This document shows, in pieces, positions 49,690 to 51,010 of a stretch of DNA of 51,010 nucleotides. The position numbers and the translations under genes are program-made. This stretch comes from Chiloscyllium plagiosum (lineage: Eukaryota): contig NC_057752.1 in the NCBI RefSeq assembly GCF_004010195.1, positions 13,408,272 to 13,459,281 on the forward strand, in the 5' to 3' direction. Below the pieces are notes generated by a model that saw only the letters and a program-made list of their open reading frames with translations, searched no databases and was not told where the DNA came from. The first letter of the stretch is position 1; the number at the start of each line of letters is the position of its first letter.

Positions 49690-50550
49690 TGTGGCCAAAT
49701 TTCGTCTGAGCTCCATCTCCATGTTCGCTAACAACACCACCGTTGTGGGCTGGATATCAAACAGTGACGAGACAGAATACAGGAAAGAGATAGAGTGCTT
49801 TGCCTAAAGATAGCAAACTCGCCTTCAACGTCAGCAAAACTAAAGAGCTGACTTCAGGCAGCAAGGAGGAGTACACACCTCTGACTACATCAATGGAGTG
49901 AGGCAGAGAGGGTCGAGAGCGTCAACTTTCTGGGAGTGACCATCACCAACAGTCTGCCCTAGACCACCCATGTTGATGCGATGGTCAAGAAGGCACAACA
50001 ACAACACTTTTTCCTTAGCCTCCTGAGGAAATGCAGCATGTCCATATGGATCCTCACCAACTTTTACAGACACACCATAGATCTGGATGAACCACGGCTT
50101 AGTACGGCAACTGCTCTGCCCAGGACTGTAACAAACTACAGGGAGTAGTGAACACAGCCCAGTCCCTCACACAACCCAACCTTCCATCCACTGGCTCCGT
50201 CTACACTTCCCACTGCCTCGGGAAGGCAGCAACATCAAAGACCCCTCCCACCCCGGGTACACTCTTTTCCAACCTCTTCCATCGGGCAGAGAAGCATAAA
50301 CACATGTACCAACAGATTCAGGAACAGCTTCTTCCCCGCTGTTATTAGACTCCTCAATGGACCGCGCAAATTTCAAATCTAAGGTTGAATTTGTCTTTGG
50401 TGCAACGTCTCTGCATCCGTAACGCTGTATTCCTGGCTCTGTTCTAGCACCCTAATACACTTTGTATGGTATAGTCTGCCTTTGGTGCATATAAAACTCA
50501 ACTTTTCACTGTACTGAGGTACATGTGGCAATAATAAATCAAATCTAAAT
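49690..50550 (+). mobile_element. Rex1/Babar-like LINE 3' part
   Basis: FA(D)(D)[20 protein letters not shown]...NVSKTKEL...NFLGVTI, with an AATAAATC tail. Confidence 0.75.
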
Positions 50551-50825
50551 GAAGGGATTCATTTACCTTGGGCTGCAATCATGGTTTAATGTTCCTACCT
50601 TTTGTCCAGTCAAGAACCAAGGGTTCACAGTGTGAGATATTCCATGCTCTCAGTCTTCATTTTGATGAATCCTGTCTGTCCACATTTCAAAACTTTATCT
50701 TTCAATTTGTGTGGTAATGGTGATGAATGTTTGGATTCATGGCAAATAGACAATTGCTGATTATACAAGAAGCGTTTTGCTGTCCAATCCATTTATTTTT
50801 GTCCTTTCTCCTCAATAAGCAATGA

Positions 50826-51010
50826 GGGTGGCTTGGTGGCTCAGTGGTTAGCACGGCGGCCTCACAGCACCAGGGAACTGGGTTCGATTCCAGCCTCGGG
50901 TGACTGTCTGTGTGGAGGTTGTATATTCTCCCTGTGTCTGCGTGGGCTCCCTCTGAGTGCTCTGATTTCCTCTCACAGTCCAGGGATGTGCAGGTTAGGG
51001 TGGATTGGCC
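50826..51010 (+). mobile_element. HE1-type V-SINE (truncated by the window end)
   Basis: Head and V-core. Confidence 0.85.

Noticed and set aside
50567..50583. MIAAQ resembling the MAB21L1/2 N-terminus
   Set aside because: Only five residues match and the sequence does not continue as AKLVY. Those genes are single-exon.

Overview
Eukaryotic, repeat-dense vertebrate DNA, almost certainly from a shark or ray: it contains HE1/V-SINEs, CR1/HER1-type LINEs, SacSINE/Deu-like SINEs and a 70-bp minisatellite. Three assembly gaps are present. The only host gene I can support is the 3' end of an SLC26 anion transporter on the + strand, most like SLC26A10. Seven phase-compatible GT-AG exons (2218-2284, 4885-5064, 9098-9152, 13460-13548, 19911-19965, 22890-22996, 27981-28019) encode an intact STAS domain ending ...STTIWV*. 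The rest is mostly transposon-derived: Penelope-like elements (PLEs) of two clades with minimal hammerhead-ribozyme motifs, a decayed Gypsy pol, a probable solo LTR with nested insertions, Tx1/L1 and Rex/Babar fragments, and a decayed Harbinger Myb/SANT ORF. The most notable observations are (i) a 245-bp, about 99%-identical inverted copy of unique intronic DNA that sits inside a PLE hammerhead core and brackets the penultimate SLC26 exon, and (ii) short TSD-flanked, hammerhead-bearing PLE derivatives in monomer, tandem and palindromic forms. Family assignments come from motif recognition, not database searches.
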